From Hyperthermus butylicus DSM 5456 (lineage in GTDB: Archaea > Thermoproteota > Thermoprotei_A > Sulfolobales > Pyrodictiaceae), in assembly GCF_000015145.1 (NCBI RefSeq), contig NC_008818.1, forward strand, positions 1,260,001 through 1,292,000: DNA of 32,000 nt. Reading direction: 5' to 3'. The notes beneath the pieces were generated by a model, which worked only from the letters and a program-made list of their open reading frames with translations, ran no database searches and was not told the DNA's origin. The position numbers and the translations under genes are program-made. Positions 9,218-16,992 of the stretch are shown one piece after another. The first letter of the stretch is position 1; each line of letters opens with the position of its first letter.

Positions 9218-9219
9218 AG

Positions 9220-10371
9220 TTACATCCCCAGCTTATACGATATCTTCTCGAGGACATCGTCAATCTCTCTGAGAGTATCGTTTGCTAGTGCACGTACACG
9301 CTGGTCATCTGCTTCGCGTAGAATGTTTATGATCCTGGTTTTAGCTATTTTGAGGCTGCGAAAGAGATCCACTAGCCTTGGGTCGTAGCTTCTCATCGTC
9401 TCTACTAGCCTAGCGGCCTCGCGTACATTTGCACGTATATCAGATAGCTCCTTGAGATACCTTTCTGGCATTTTGAGTTCCTCTGACAGTATGATAGATA
9501 CCTTGTCGAAGTCCTCGATGTCTCTCGGCGCTATGTACTTGAGTACTATTAGATCCCTCTCCTTAGCTCTGAGCCTACCCTCAAGCAGCGCATTAGCAGC
9601 TATAATCTTCAGCGATTTGGCCTTACGCCTATCTGTGAGATGTATGCCCCTCTCTTCGAATACCGCGAAGAGTCTTAGGAGCTTTGGCTTGATAGCTGAA
9701 AGGTCAACACTAAATATGAGTTTGTGGAGCTGCTGCAGTGAATCTATGTCTAGTACCGGCCTAGCTGGTGAAACTTTTCCAGCCTCTATCATCCAGCCAG
9801 CCTCGAGTAACTCGCTCCACTTGTTTTCTGGAAGTGGTTTCGCATACTGGCGGAGGAGAAAGCGATCGTAGATAGCTTCTAGTTCAGGCTCCTCCGGCAC
9901 CCTGTTCGTTGCACCAATAAGGCTCCATAGTGGAACCCTAACCTCCGTATAACCGTCGTACCAAATACGCTCCTGCATTATGCTGAGCAGCGCGTTTAGC
10001 ACGGCAGAGTTTGCATTGAATACCTCGTCGAGAAAGACTATCTCAGCCTCCGGCATCTTGCCCTTAGTTATCCTCACGTAGCGGCCCTCGCGTAACGCGT
10101 TAAGGTCAAGAGGCCCGAAGAGTTCGCTTGGCTCAGTATACTTTGTGAGCAAGTACTTAAAGAACTTTGCATTTATGAGCTCGGCAGCTCTACGGGCAAG
10201 TGCAGACTTTGCCGTGCCAGGCTCTCCTACAAGCAGTGCATGCTCGCGGGCTATGATGGCTAGTGTTATTGCCTTGCCCTCCTCCTCCCTGCCTACAAAT
10301 GGCTCTATTAGCATGTTGTAGAACTTCTTAGCCTTATCTAGCAGCTCTTTAACAGCTTCACTAGCCTGCAT
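9220..10371 (-). CDS. MoxR/RavA-like AAA+ ATPase
   Basis: Walker A LLVGEPGTAKSALARR, Walker B IVFLDEVFNA, sensor region SLIGATNR. Size and C-terminal helical domain fit the MoxR family. Confidence 0.85.
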   Translation of the reverse strand: MQASEAVKELLDKAKKFYNMLIEPFVGREEEGKAITLAIIAREHALLVGEPGTAKSALARRAAELINAKFFKYLLTKYTEPSELFGPLDLNALREGRYVRITKGKMPEAEIVFLDEVFNANSAVLNALLSIMQERIWYDGYTEVRVPLWSLIGATNRVPEEPELEAIYDRFLLRQYAKPLPENKWSELLEAGWMIEAGKVSPARPVLDIDSLQQLHKLIFSVDLSAIKPKLLRLFAVFEERGIHLTDRRKAKSLKIIAANALLEGRLRAKERDLIVLKYIAPRDIEDFDKVSIILSEELKMPERYLKELSDIRANVREAARLVETMRSYDPRLVDLFRSLKIAKTRIINILREADDQRVRALANDTLREIDDVLEKISYKLGM

Positions 10372-10445
10372 TATTACCGCTGCCCATATCTATACCTCTA
10401 AGCTAGCTAAAGGGGATATATCTAGCGTTCCATGTATAGCGTTGT

Positions 10446-10507
10446 GGGGTGTGCTGAGCCCGGTTTTCAGCTGATAACGAGTGATGAGGAGTTGCTCTAC
10501 TGACCCC
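10446..10507 (+). ncRNA. C/D box sRNA candidate
   Basis: Layout: GGGG (10446-10449), spacer T, C box GTGCTGA (10451-10457, one mismatch at the 4th position), 13-nt guide, D' CTGA (10471-10474), 6-nt spacer, C' GTGATGA (10481-10487), 12-nt guide GGAGTTGCTCTA, D CTGA (10500-10503), and CCCC (10504-10507), which pairs with the 5' GGGG. A TATA-like GATATATC centred near 10418 is about 27 nt upstream of 10446. Confidence 0.5.
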
Positions 10508-10762
10508 TCTAGCAACTCTATTGGCGTGTCGGTAACCGGTGCACTCTTCATCCGCTATGTCGCGTCAAGAGACGGGGTTTATCCTCATCCACCGCTCTAA
10601 TCTGTTGTATAGAGGGTGGAGGCATATTAGGGCTGCAACTACACCGGTAAAGCATGGAGTTTGAGTGATGATAATTGCACGTCGCATACCCCGCAGCCAC
10701 GGGGGATGTTGTGCCTCCACCGGGGCTGAATCCTTCTACAACTCCGGCGGGGATGGGAGTGT

Positions 10763-11107
10763 ATGGATGTTGAAAAGCTAGGAGAGTGCCTCTTGGGTAG
10801 GCTTGAAGCTCAAAGCATAGTTGTCGAGAACAAATGTGATGAACGTATAGTTTTAGAGGCGATCGAGGTCAAGTACTATGTCGTCGTAAACGTTCGAGGA
10901 GGCAGGGATGGCGTGATCGAGGAACGCCCTGCAAGGAGGGAGATAACCGAAAGGATTGGGGTTGATAGTGTTCTTGACCCAGGTTCTAGGTTTGAAGTAT
11001 ACTTTGGAACAGTTGAGAACATCGAGGAGTTGAATGTAATCGTTAGGGTTGGCGACAAACTGTACCGTGTACCGTTGGCGGCAGAGGCTAGCAGTGGCAC
11101 TATGTAG
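10763..11107 (+). CDS. Hypothetical protein (114 aa)
   Basis: Intact ORF with thermophile-like composition (V/E/R/I rich). No recognised motif. Confidence 0.45.
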   Translation: MDVEKLGECLLGRLEAQSIVVENKCDERIVLEAIEVKYYVVVNVRGGRDGVIEERPARREITERIGVDSVLDPGSRFEVYFGTVENIEELNVIVRVGDKLYRVPLAAEASSGTM

Positions 11108-11717
11108 TTGCCAGTATGTCTTGTATGCCAGTTCTAATCATTGCCACAGCTATTGCTGCTAGAAGCATAGCCATTATCTTCGACAGTGCTATCGCTCCAT
11201 TTTTCCCTAATAAGTTCATTAGCTTCTGGCTGTGATAGAGCATCAGGAATGTTATAGCAGTATTTACAGTTACGCTCGCCAGAGCATATGTTAGCCCATG
11301 CACGGCCCTTACGTAGAGAACAGTTGCTATAGCAGCTGGACCTGCTAGCAACGGTGTTGCAAGCGGCACTATTGCTATTGACTCAACCTCTTCCGGGTGC
11401 CTTATCATTTCGGCTTCTGTCCAGCCAAGGATTCCAGCTATACCGTAGATGAGGAGTACGATGCCGCCAGCTATGCGGAAGTCTGCTAACGTGAGCCCGA
11501 AATAGCTTAGAGCGGTATTTCCTGTGAGGGCAAATACGAACAATATGCTGGTAGCTACTATGCAGCTCTGCTTAACTATTCGCACCCTTAGCCTGGCGTC
11601 AAGCCTGGCTGTTAGACTATAGAATAGCGGTGCGTTGCCGATAGGGTCTATTGCTATGAATAGGAGGACTATAGACTGTACTAGTGTTTCAGTGTTAGCC
11701 CCGCCGCTTGGCTGCAT
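11100..11717 (-). CDS. MarC-family (UPF0056) integral membrane protein
   Basis: Signature ..FIAIDPIGNAPLFYSLT.. near the N-terminus and six predicted TM helices. I prefer ATG 11717 (MQPSGG..) to the track start at 11738. Confidence 0.75.
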   Translation of the reverse strand: MQPSGGANTETLVQSIVLLFIAIDPIGNAPLFYSLTARLDARLRVRIVKQSCIVATSILFVFALTGNTALSYFGLTLADFRIAGGIVLLIYGIAGILGWTEAEMIRHPEEVESIAIVPLATPLLAGPAAIATVLYVRAVHGLTYALASVTVNTAITFLMLYHSQKLMNLLGKNGAIALSKIMAMLLAAIAVAMIRTGIQDILATT

Positions 11718-12045
11718 AGCGCTCCAGTGCCTCCACAATCCTTTCTATAAGCTTTTTTCTGCACTCCTCAACACAGTTTTCAATACATTGCCGGTCGTCC
11801 AGATCGCAGCCACTACTATAACTGCACTCCGACCTACAGCCCCTATCATTGACCGTTAGGACATAGATTCCGAGCCTGGTGTCGACAACAGTATTCAATA
11901 CTACGAGGCCTACACCGGACTCTCTAATAATCCTGGCAACGAGTTCCGGTGGGTCTAAGTCGCGTTGGTATATGAAACCGCCAAGCTGTTTAAAGGCGCT
12001 AGCAATGCGTCGGCTAAGTTCAGCCATCTCCAAGAGATTTTGCAC
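11695..12045 (-). CDS. Hypothetical protein with a Cys-rich segment (116 aa)
   Basis: Intact ORF containing ..GCRSECSYSSGCDLDDRQCIENCVEEC.. Its 3' end overlaps the marC-like start by about 20 nt, which suggests co-transcription. Confidence 0.45.
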   Translation of the reverse strand: MQNLLEMAELSRRIASAFKQLGGFIYQRDLDPPELVARIIRESGVGLVVLNTVVDTRLGIYVLTVNDRGCRSECSYSSGCDLDDRQCIENCVEECRKKLIERIVEALERYAAKRRG

Positions 12046-12108
12046 CGGGGGGTAAGTAGCGGAGATTAGCTACCCGATTATACCTAACGTCTCCGGTGCT
12101 AGGGGTCA

Positions 12109-12291
12109 ATGTACGAGTGTGCATTGCTGCTAGTACCTATCATAACTGCTGTACTACTAGCCTTACATTATATCGTGCTAAAAAGGGTGTATGGTAGCCG
12201 GCTGAGACTAGTATATATTGTGAATGCTGGGGCTGTTGTTCTTACGATTGTATCGCTACTCTTTTTGCTTCTACGCTGTGGAACGAGCTAG
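12109..12291 (+). CDS. Possible small two-TM membrane protein (60 aa)
   Basis: Two hydrophobic stretches (LLLVPIITAVLLALHYIVL and AVVLTIVSLLFLLL). No other support. Confidence 0.25.
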   Translation: MYECALLLVPIITAVLLALHYIVLKRVYGSRLRLVYIVNAGAVVLTIVSLLFLLLRCGTS

Positions 12292-12334
12292 CGCTACCAT
12301 TATTAAACATGTGTTAAGGAGAACCCATAGCTGT

Positions 12335-12625
12335 ATGGGGGCGGGAGTAGTGGTTGACTATTATTCACAGCGTGAGTCTATACATGTAGCGCACCTTGAG
12401 GGGTTAGCATCTACTGGCATGATTAAGCAGTTCAAGGTTGAGGACTGTGAACATCCTGGCATGGGAAGAATAGTTGCAGAGTTAGTTGATGGAAGAACAT
12501 ATGTAACTAAGTGTATTGATTCAAGGGGATTAAAGAAGGTGGTAATGTATCTCCAGTACGCGTCAAACCTAAGCAGACTTATCGTAGAGGGCATCGCAGA
12601 GGAGGAGCGGGAAGAGCAAGGGTAG
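12335..12625 (+). CDS. Hypothetical protein (96 aa)
   Basis: I place the start at ATG 12335 (MGAGVVVDYY..), because the upstream part of track ORF 12224..12625 overlaps the previous ORF and looks non-coding. Acidic C-terminus; no recognised motif. Confidence 0.45.
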   Translation: MGAGVVVDYYSQRESIHVAHLEGLASTGMIKQFKVEDCEHPGMGRIVAELVDGRTYVTKCIDSRGLKKVVMYLQYASNLSRLIVEGIAEEEREEQG

Positions 12626-12653
12626 AAGCATAGATTAGGGCTACCCCTGGTGC

Positions 12654-13010
12654 ATGTTGGAGGGTGGTCATGCCATGGGCAAGAGGATGCGTATGACGCT
12701 CCCAAAGAAGGAGGAGGACCTACAGAAGGTCGTTGAGGAGGTATCGGAACTCCATAATCATCACCATCATCACCATCACCATGAGATTGAGGGTCTGGAC
12801 GAGATATTGCATACTATAGATGTGTTGATGGATACTATGAATACGAGGCTTTCTGACCTGGAAGAAAAGATTGGCAAGCTTCGTGAGGAGATTATAAACC
12901 TCTACAAGCTCTTCGGTCTGCTAGTTGAGGCCATGGCGGCTGAGGATGATTCGCATCGTAAACAAGTGCTAACAAAAGCTGTCGAGATACTTAAGACAAG
13001 CATCCCATAG
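12654..13010 (+). CDS. Coiled-coil protein with a natural His8 tract
   Basis: ..ELHNHHHHHHHHEIEG.. is encoded by mixed CAT/CAC codons at about 12765-12794, followed by heptad-like helices. An alternative start is ATG 12675 (MGKRMRM..). Confidence 0.6.
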   Translation: MLEGGHAMGKRMRMTLPKKEEDLQKVVEEVSELHNHHHHHHHHEIEGLDEILHTIDVLMDTMNTRLSDLEEKIGKLREEIINLYKLFGLLVEAMAAEDDSHRKQVLTKAVEILKTSIP

Positions 13011-13060
13011 TATAAGCGATTATATGGCCATCCTGCCATACTAATAACCCCGTAGGAGTC

Positions 13061-14083
13061 ATGATGAGTACCATGGTATCGGAGAGCCTTGGTCTCCCTT
13101 GCTGGTGTTCACCAGTCATACTCGCTGGGACAGCATACCCAGGCGATATAGTGTTTGTTAGGTATAACACTGTGTATGTTATAGTACGCAGACTTTATGG
13201 TGATACTTATCTCGCGATACCAAAATACATTCGTGGTTTAGGACCCTGGAGGACAGTGATTAGTGGGCAGCTAAAGAGAATCATTACAACGTACTCGCCA
13301 CGAAGTATCCATGGTGCAGCAGCACTTGCGGGTGCAAAGCTAGAGAAAACGCCACAATTCTCGACAAATGTGCCCATAGTAAAGCTCTCAGATAGCGATC
13401 TTCTCCTCTGCACAACTAGACCTCCACTTAGTCCCCTAGAGTTACTCGAGGCCGAAAGAATAGCACCTGGTGTCTGGAGCCAGGTCTATAGATTCCTTAA
13501 CGAGCTTGCCGACTGTGTAAAGCCTACGGGCTCTCTACTCCAGGGTAGCTTTACTAGCTTCTCCGACGTGGATCTCATAGTTGACATTTCTAGGCCAAGG
13601 TGTCTGTCAAAGCTAGTAGAGTTCATGGAATATATGCAGTATAGGAGTAGATCTCCTCCTACTGCTGATATAGTTGTGGTTAGTGAGGCGTCAGAGCGTA
13701 ATATACCAGTGGAACTGGTACGGAGACTCTTAAGACCATGGACGAAGCTTAGTATTGAAGGAAGGAGAGTCTCGCTGTCAATCGCAGACTTTAATGCACG
13801 ATTAGAACCCCTTAGGGTGATTGTAGAGACAAGTAAGGTTATAGTCGACAAAGTAGTAGATGTTGAACCTTACCAGCAAACACTAGGTGATTTTCCAGCA
13901 ATTGCTGTAACAAATGATGGAAGCTACATAGTAATCTATGATGGGCTATTTGTTCCCTTAGTTTTTGAGGGCGGAAAACTACGCGTTAGAGGGTTAAAGG
14001 CATGCCTAAAAAAGGGGGATGAATGTTTAGACGCGATAGTCATAGGTGTTAGGGAGGTAGCAACTTTTATAGACATAGCATGA
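13061..14083 (+). CDS. Predicted nucleotidyltransferase-domain protein (Pol-beta superfamily fold) with a beta-rich C-terminal domain
   Basis: The central motif TGSLLQGSFTSFSDVDLIVDI fits the minimal NTase signature G[GS]-x9-13-D-h-D-h. The N- and C-terminal regions are unassigned. Confidence 0.55.
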   Translation: MMSTMVSESLGLPCWCSPVILAGTAYPGDIVFVRYNTVYVIVRRLYGDTYLAIPKYIRGLGPWRTVISGQLKRIITTYSPRSIHGAAALAGAKLEKTPQFSTNVPIVKLSDSDLLLCTTRPPLSPLELLEAERIAPGVWSQVYRFLNELADCVKPTGSLLQGSFTSFSDVDLIVDISRPRCLSKLVEFMEYMQYRSRSPPTADIVVVSEASERNIPVELVRRLLRPWTKLSIEGRRVSLSIADFNARLEPLRVIVETSKVIVDKVVDVEPYQQTLGDFPAIAVTNDGSYIVIYDGLFVPLVFEGGKLRVRGLKACLKKGDECLDAIVIGVREVATFIDIA

Positions 14084-14093
14084 TAAACACTAC

Positions 14094-14098
14094 TTTTT
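14094..14098 (+). terminator. Oligo-T stretch downstream of the nucleotidyltransferase gene
   Basis: TTTTT lies 11 nt after the TGA stop at 14081-14083, with further T-rich runs within the next 30 nt. Archaeal terminators are typically oligo-T. Pattern only. Confidence 0.3.
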
Positions 14099-14199
14099 AA
14101 CGATTTCATGTATCATTTCTTTTACGATTGCAGCTACTGGTCTTAAGTATGACTAGCAATGTTTTTCTCTCCTAGCTACAACATTCGTAGCCGCTGCGA

Positions 14200-14364
14200 C
14201 TATTGACCATGTTCGTGGTTATGACCTGGCATGCCTTGTGGGCCATGTTCCAAGTAGTAATCTGGATTCTTCTCAAACTCTTTCTTACAAATTGGGCTGC
14301 AGAAATAGTATATCTTACCCTTGTAGACTGTTTTGTAGGGTGTCCTCTGAGGGTCTACCTTCAT
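14200..14364 (-). CDS. TRASH/YHS-domain copper-binding mini-protein (CopT/CopM-like chaperone); ATG-bounded version
   Basis: Not in the ORF track because it is under 60 aa. Translation: MKVDPQRTPYKTVYKGKIYYFCSPICKKEFEKNPDYYLEHGPQGMPGHNHEHGQ. The segment YYFCSxxCKxxFxxNPxxY is the TRASH/YHS core. The frame stays open five more codons upstream (ILVCG, up to 14379) and contains the expected first Cys (see findings). The track ORF 14203..14421 (+) is its antisense shadow. Confidence 0.7.
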   Translation of the reverse strand: MKVDPQRTPYKTVYKGKIYYFCSPICKKEFEKNPDYYLEHGPQGMPGHNHEHGQ

Positions 14365-14485
14365 CCCGCAAACAAGGATCTATTACCTCGTGGCTTGTCA
14401 TATAGCTCCAAATCTACTTAAATTGTTACGGGGGTTTTACTAATACCAGCCAGGTGCTACTTTCAGTTATAGCTTACGTTGTTAC

Positions 14486-16959
14486 TTATCGTACTAAGCC
14501 TCTGCCCAGGAGTAAGGTGTTGAGGGTTACAGATATAGAACTCAATGCCATGGCTGCAGCTGCAAACTCTGGCCGTAGCATGATGCCATATGATGTGTAG
14601 AGCACGCCTGCTGCGATTGGGATTAGGGTTACGTTATAGAGGAAGGCCCAAAGGAGGTTCAGTTTGATTAGCTTGTAGATACCCTTGGCAGCCCGTATGG
14701 CTACTAGAACTCCACGTAGGTCATTACGTACAAGGATTATGTCGCCTGCTTCTTTAGCTATGTCTGTGCCTCGTCCCATGGCGATGCCTACGTCTGCTTG
14801 AACAAGGCTAGCTGCATCATTGATGCCATCACCTATCATTGCCACGACCTCGCCGCGCCGCTGCAGCTCACGTATTTTATCTACCTTATCTTCTGGATTT
14901 GCCTCAGCTATGACGTTGTCGATGCCCAGCTGTTTTGCTACGGCGTATGCTGTTACCTTGTTATCGCCGGTTAGCATAGCTACACGCAGCCCCATGCGAC
15001 GCAGAGTTTCAACGACCTCGCGTGTGTGCGGTCTAGGCTTGTCGGCAACCGCCACTATGCCAGCTAGTTTGCCATCAACTGCCACGTATACTATAGTTGA
15101 ACCCATCTCGCGAAGTTTTTCCACATCTTTTTCTGCTTGTACAATATTGACCTCGAAACCCTTCATCAACTTCTCGTTGCCCACTGCTACCGTCCTACCA
15201 GAGATTATTGCTACAACACCTTGGCCAAGGATTGCTGTAAAGTCCTCCGGCTCTGGTGGCTCGATTCCAGCCTTTCTGGCTGCCTCCAAGATGGATCTCG
15301 CTATTGGATGCTCACTCCTCTTCTCGGCTGCTGCGGCTAAAGCTAGTACCTCATCCCTTGGAAGGTTGTAGGTTATTATTTCCACAACCTCTGGGCGACC
15401 GATGGTAAGGGTGCCTGTCTTATCGAAGACAACCATCGTCAACTTGGTTGCCTTCTCTATAGACTCGATGTTCCTTATTACCACACCTTGTCTCGCAACA
15501 TGGCCAACTCCCGTTACAACTGCTAGAGGTGAAGCTAAGCCTAAAAGCGCAAGGACAAGCAACGAGTAACACAGCAGCAAGGAAGACAAGCGCCTTTCCG
15601 AGCGGCAGTCCTGCTATGAAATACCAGTAGATGAACACGATTGTAGCAATTCCCATGACAAACCATGCAAACATACCAGCAGTTTTGTCAACGATGTGTT
15701 GTATCGGGGGCTTGCCTGCTTGTGCATGCCTTACAAGCCGAATTATCTGAGCGAGTACTGTATCATTACCTACGCGTGTTACATGGGTGCGAAGGTAGCC
15801 CGTTGTTAGCAATGTGCCGGCTATTACGGGTTCTCCTCGCTTCTTTTCCACTGGTACGGGTTCACCGGTCACCATCGACTCGTCAACATAGCCGTGGCCT
15901 TCCTCGACGATACCATCAACTGGTATTCGTTCACCAGACTTCACAGCGACAAGGTCTCCAACATTGATACGGTCTAATGGTACTTCCTCTTCGACTCCAT
16001 CCTTTACAAGTCTCGCTGTGGGAGGCTGCAGCTCGAGCAATTTTCGTACGGCTTCACCTGTACGCAGCTTCATCTTTGCCTCAATGAACCTGCCCAGGAG
16101 TATGAAGGAGATTATGAAAGCTGGTGCCTCGAACTATGTTTCGGATTCTATGATGCCAAACATTGATGCAACACTAAGAACATAGGCGGCGCCACTGCCG
16201 AGAGCTACAAGAGTATCCATACCAGCTGAATAAGTTTTTCAAGGATCTGATGGCACCAGTAAAGAATCTACGTCCTCCGGTTGCCATCACCAATGTGGCT
16301 ATGAGAAAGCCTATAAGATCCACAACGTTCTTGGGGAGTCCTAGTAAGGGCTTAATGAGGTACACCAACAAACCCAGAGCAATCGATGGCGGAAGACTAA
16401 CGAGTACGAGGCGCTTTAACTCGGCAACTTCACGCTCTACTATTCTTTGTTCAACCTCCTCGAGACTTATCTCCTCAGCTGCAACCTTGACCACGCGGTA
16501 GCCCATTGATTCGATATGTTTTTTCTAATTTCGTCCACAGTAACTGTCAGAGGATTGTAGGTTACGAATAACCTTCTTAGAGACATGGAAAGCTCTAACA
16601 TCGACAACACCCGGTATCTTTGACAATTTGTTCTCCAGTGTGAGTTCATCGCTAGGAGTGCTTAGGTTCTCAACTATGAACACTGCCTCCTCACGATAAA
16701 CATCGTAGCCAACCTCGCGTACAATTTTAACTATGTCCTTGAGAGTTGTAGTTGATGGATCATATTCAACTATGGCCTCCCCCGTGGCGAAGTTTACTGA
16801 GACTTTGCCAACACCTTTCACCTTACGCAAAGCTTTCTCAATGGTTACTACGCAATTTGCACAATGCATGCCGAGTACACGTAGCTTCATTGCTACTTGT
16901 CTTTGCTCTTCAACGGTGATCCTCAAGTTCTTTCTCGTGGTGGTAGGATTATCAGTCAT
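14486..16959 (-). pseudogene. copA: Heavy-metal (copper) P1B-type ATPase, disrupted by multiple frameshifts and an in-frame stop
   Basis: Five track ORFs tile one ATPase in canonical order: HMA GMHCANC, a second HMA-like domain, TM MDTLVALG, TGEP, CPC, DKTGT, GDGINDA. The frame changes near 16566, 16507-16515, 16221 and 15543-15546, and there is a TAG at 16134-16136. The span of 2474 nt is not divisible by 3. Confidence 0.85.
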
Positions 16960-16975
16960 GTCGGTGTAACCTACA

Positions 16976-16992
16976 CCATAATAGAATATAGC
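16976..16992 (-). promoter_or_regulatory. TATA-like element upstream of the copA start
   Basis: The minus strand reads GCTATATTCTATTATGG, centred about 25 nt upstream of ATG 16959, so the promoter geometry looks intact even though the coding region is decayed. Pattern only. Confidence 0.35.

Noticed and set aside
10665-10729. Second C/D-like unit (GTGATGA ... CTGA, 65 nt)
   Set aside because: No acceptable D' box (GCAT at the expected position), a poor C' box (GGATGTT), and no terminal stem adjacent to the boxes. It is mentioned only as part of the unexplained region.
10372-10762. SRP RNA or RNase P RNA in the 390-bp intergenic region
   Set aside because: I could not find the conserved RNase P CR-I/CR-V elements or the SRP helix-8 GGAA/AGCA motifs on either strand. 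The region is kept only as unexplained structured sequence.
12765-12810. His8 followed by EIEG looked like an expression-vector His-tag / factor Xa (IEGR) remnant
   Set aside because: The tract is internal to a native-looking ORF. It uses mixed CAT/CAC codons interrupted by AAT, and the following residues are IEGL, not IEGR. The flanking DNA has normal local composition and no vector-like sequence.
14203-14421. Track ORF (72 aa, plus strand)
   Set aside because: It is the antisense shadow of the TRASH/YHS mini-ORF on the minus strand, which has a clear domain signature.
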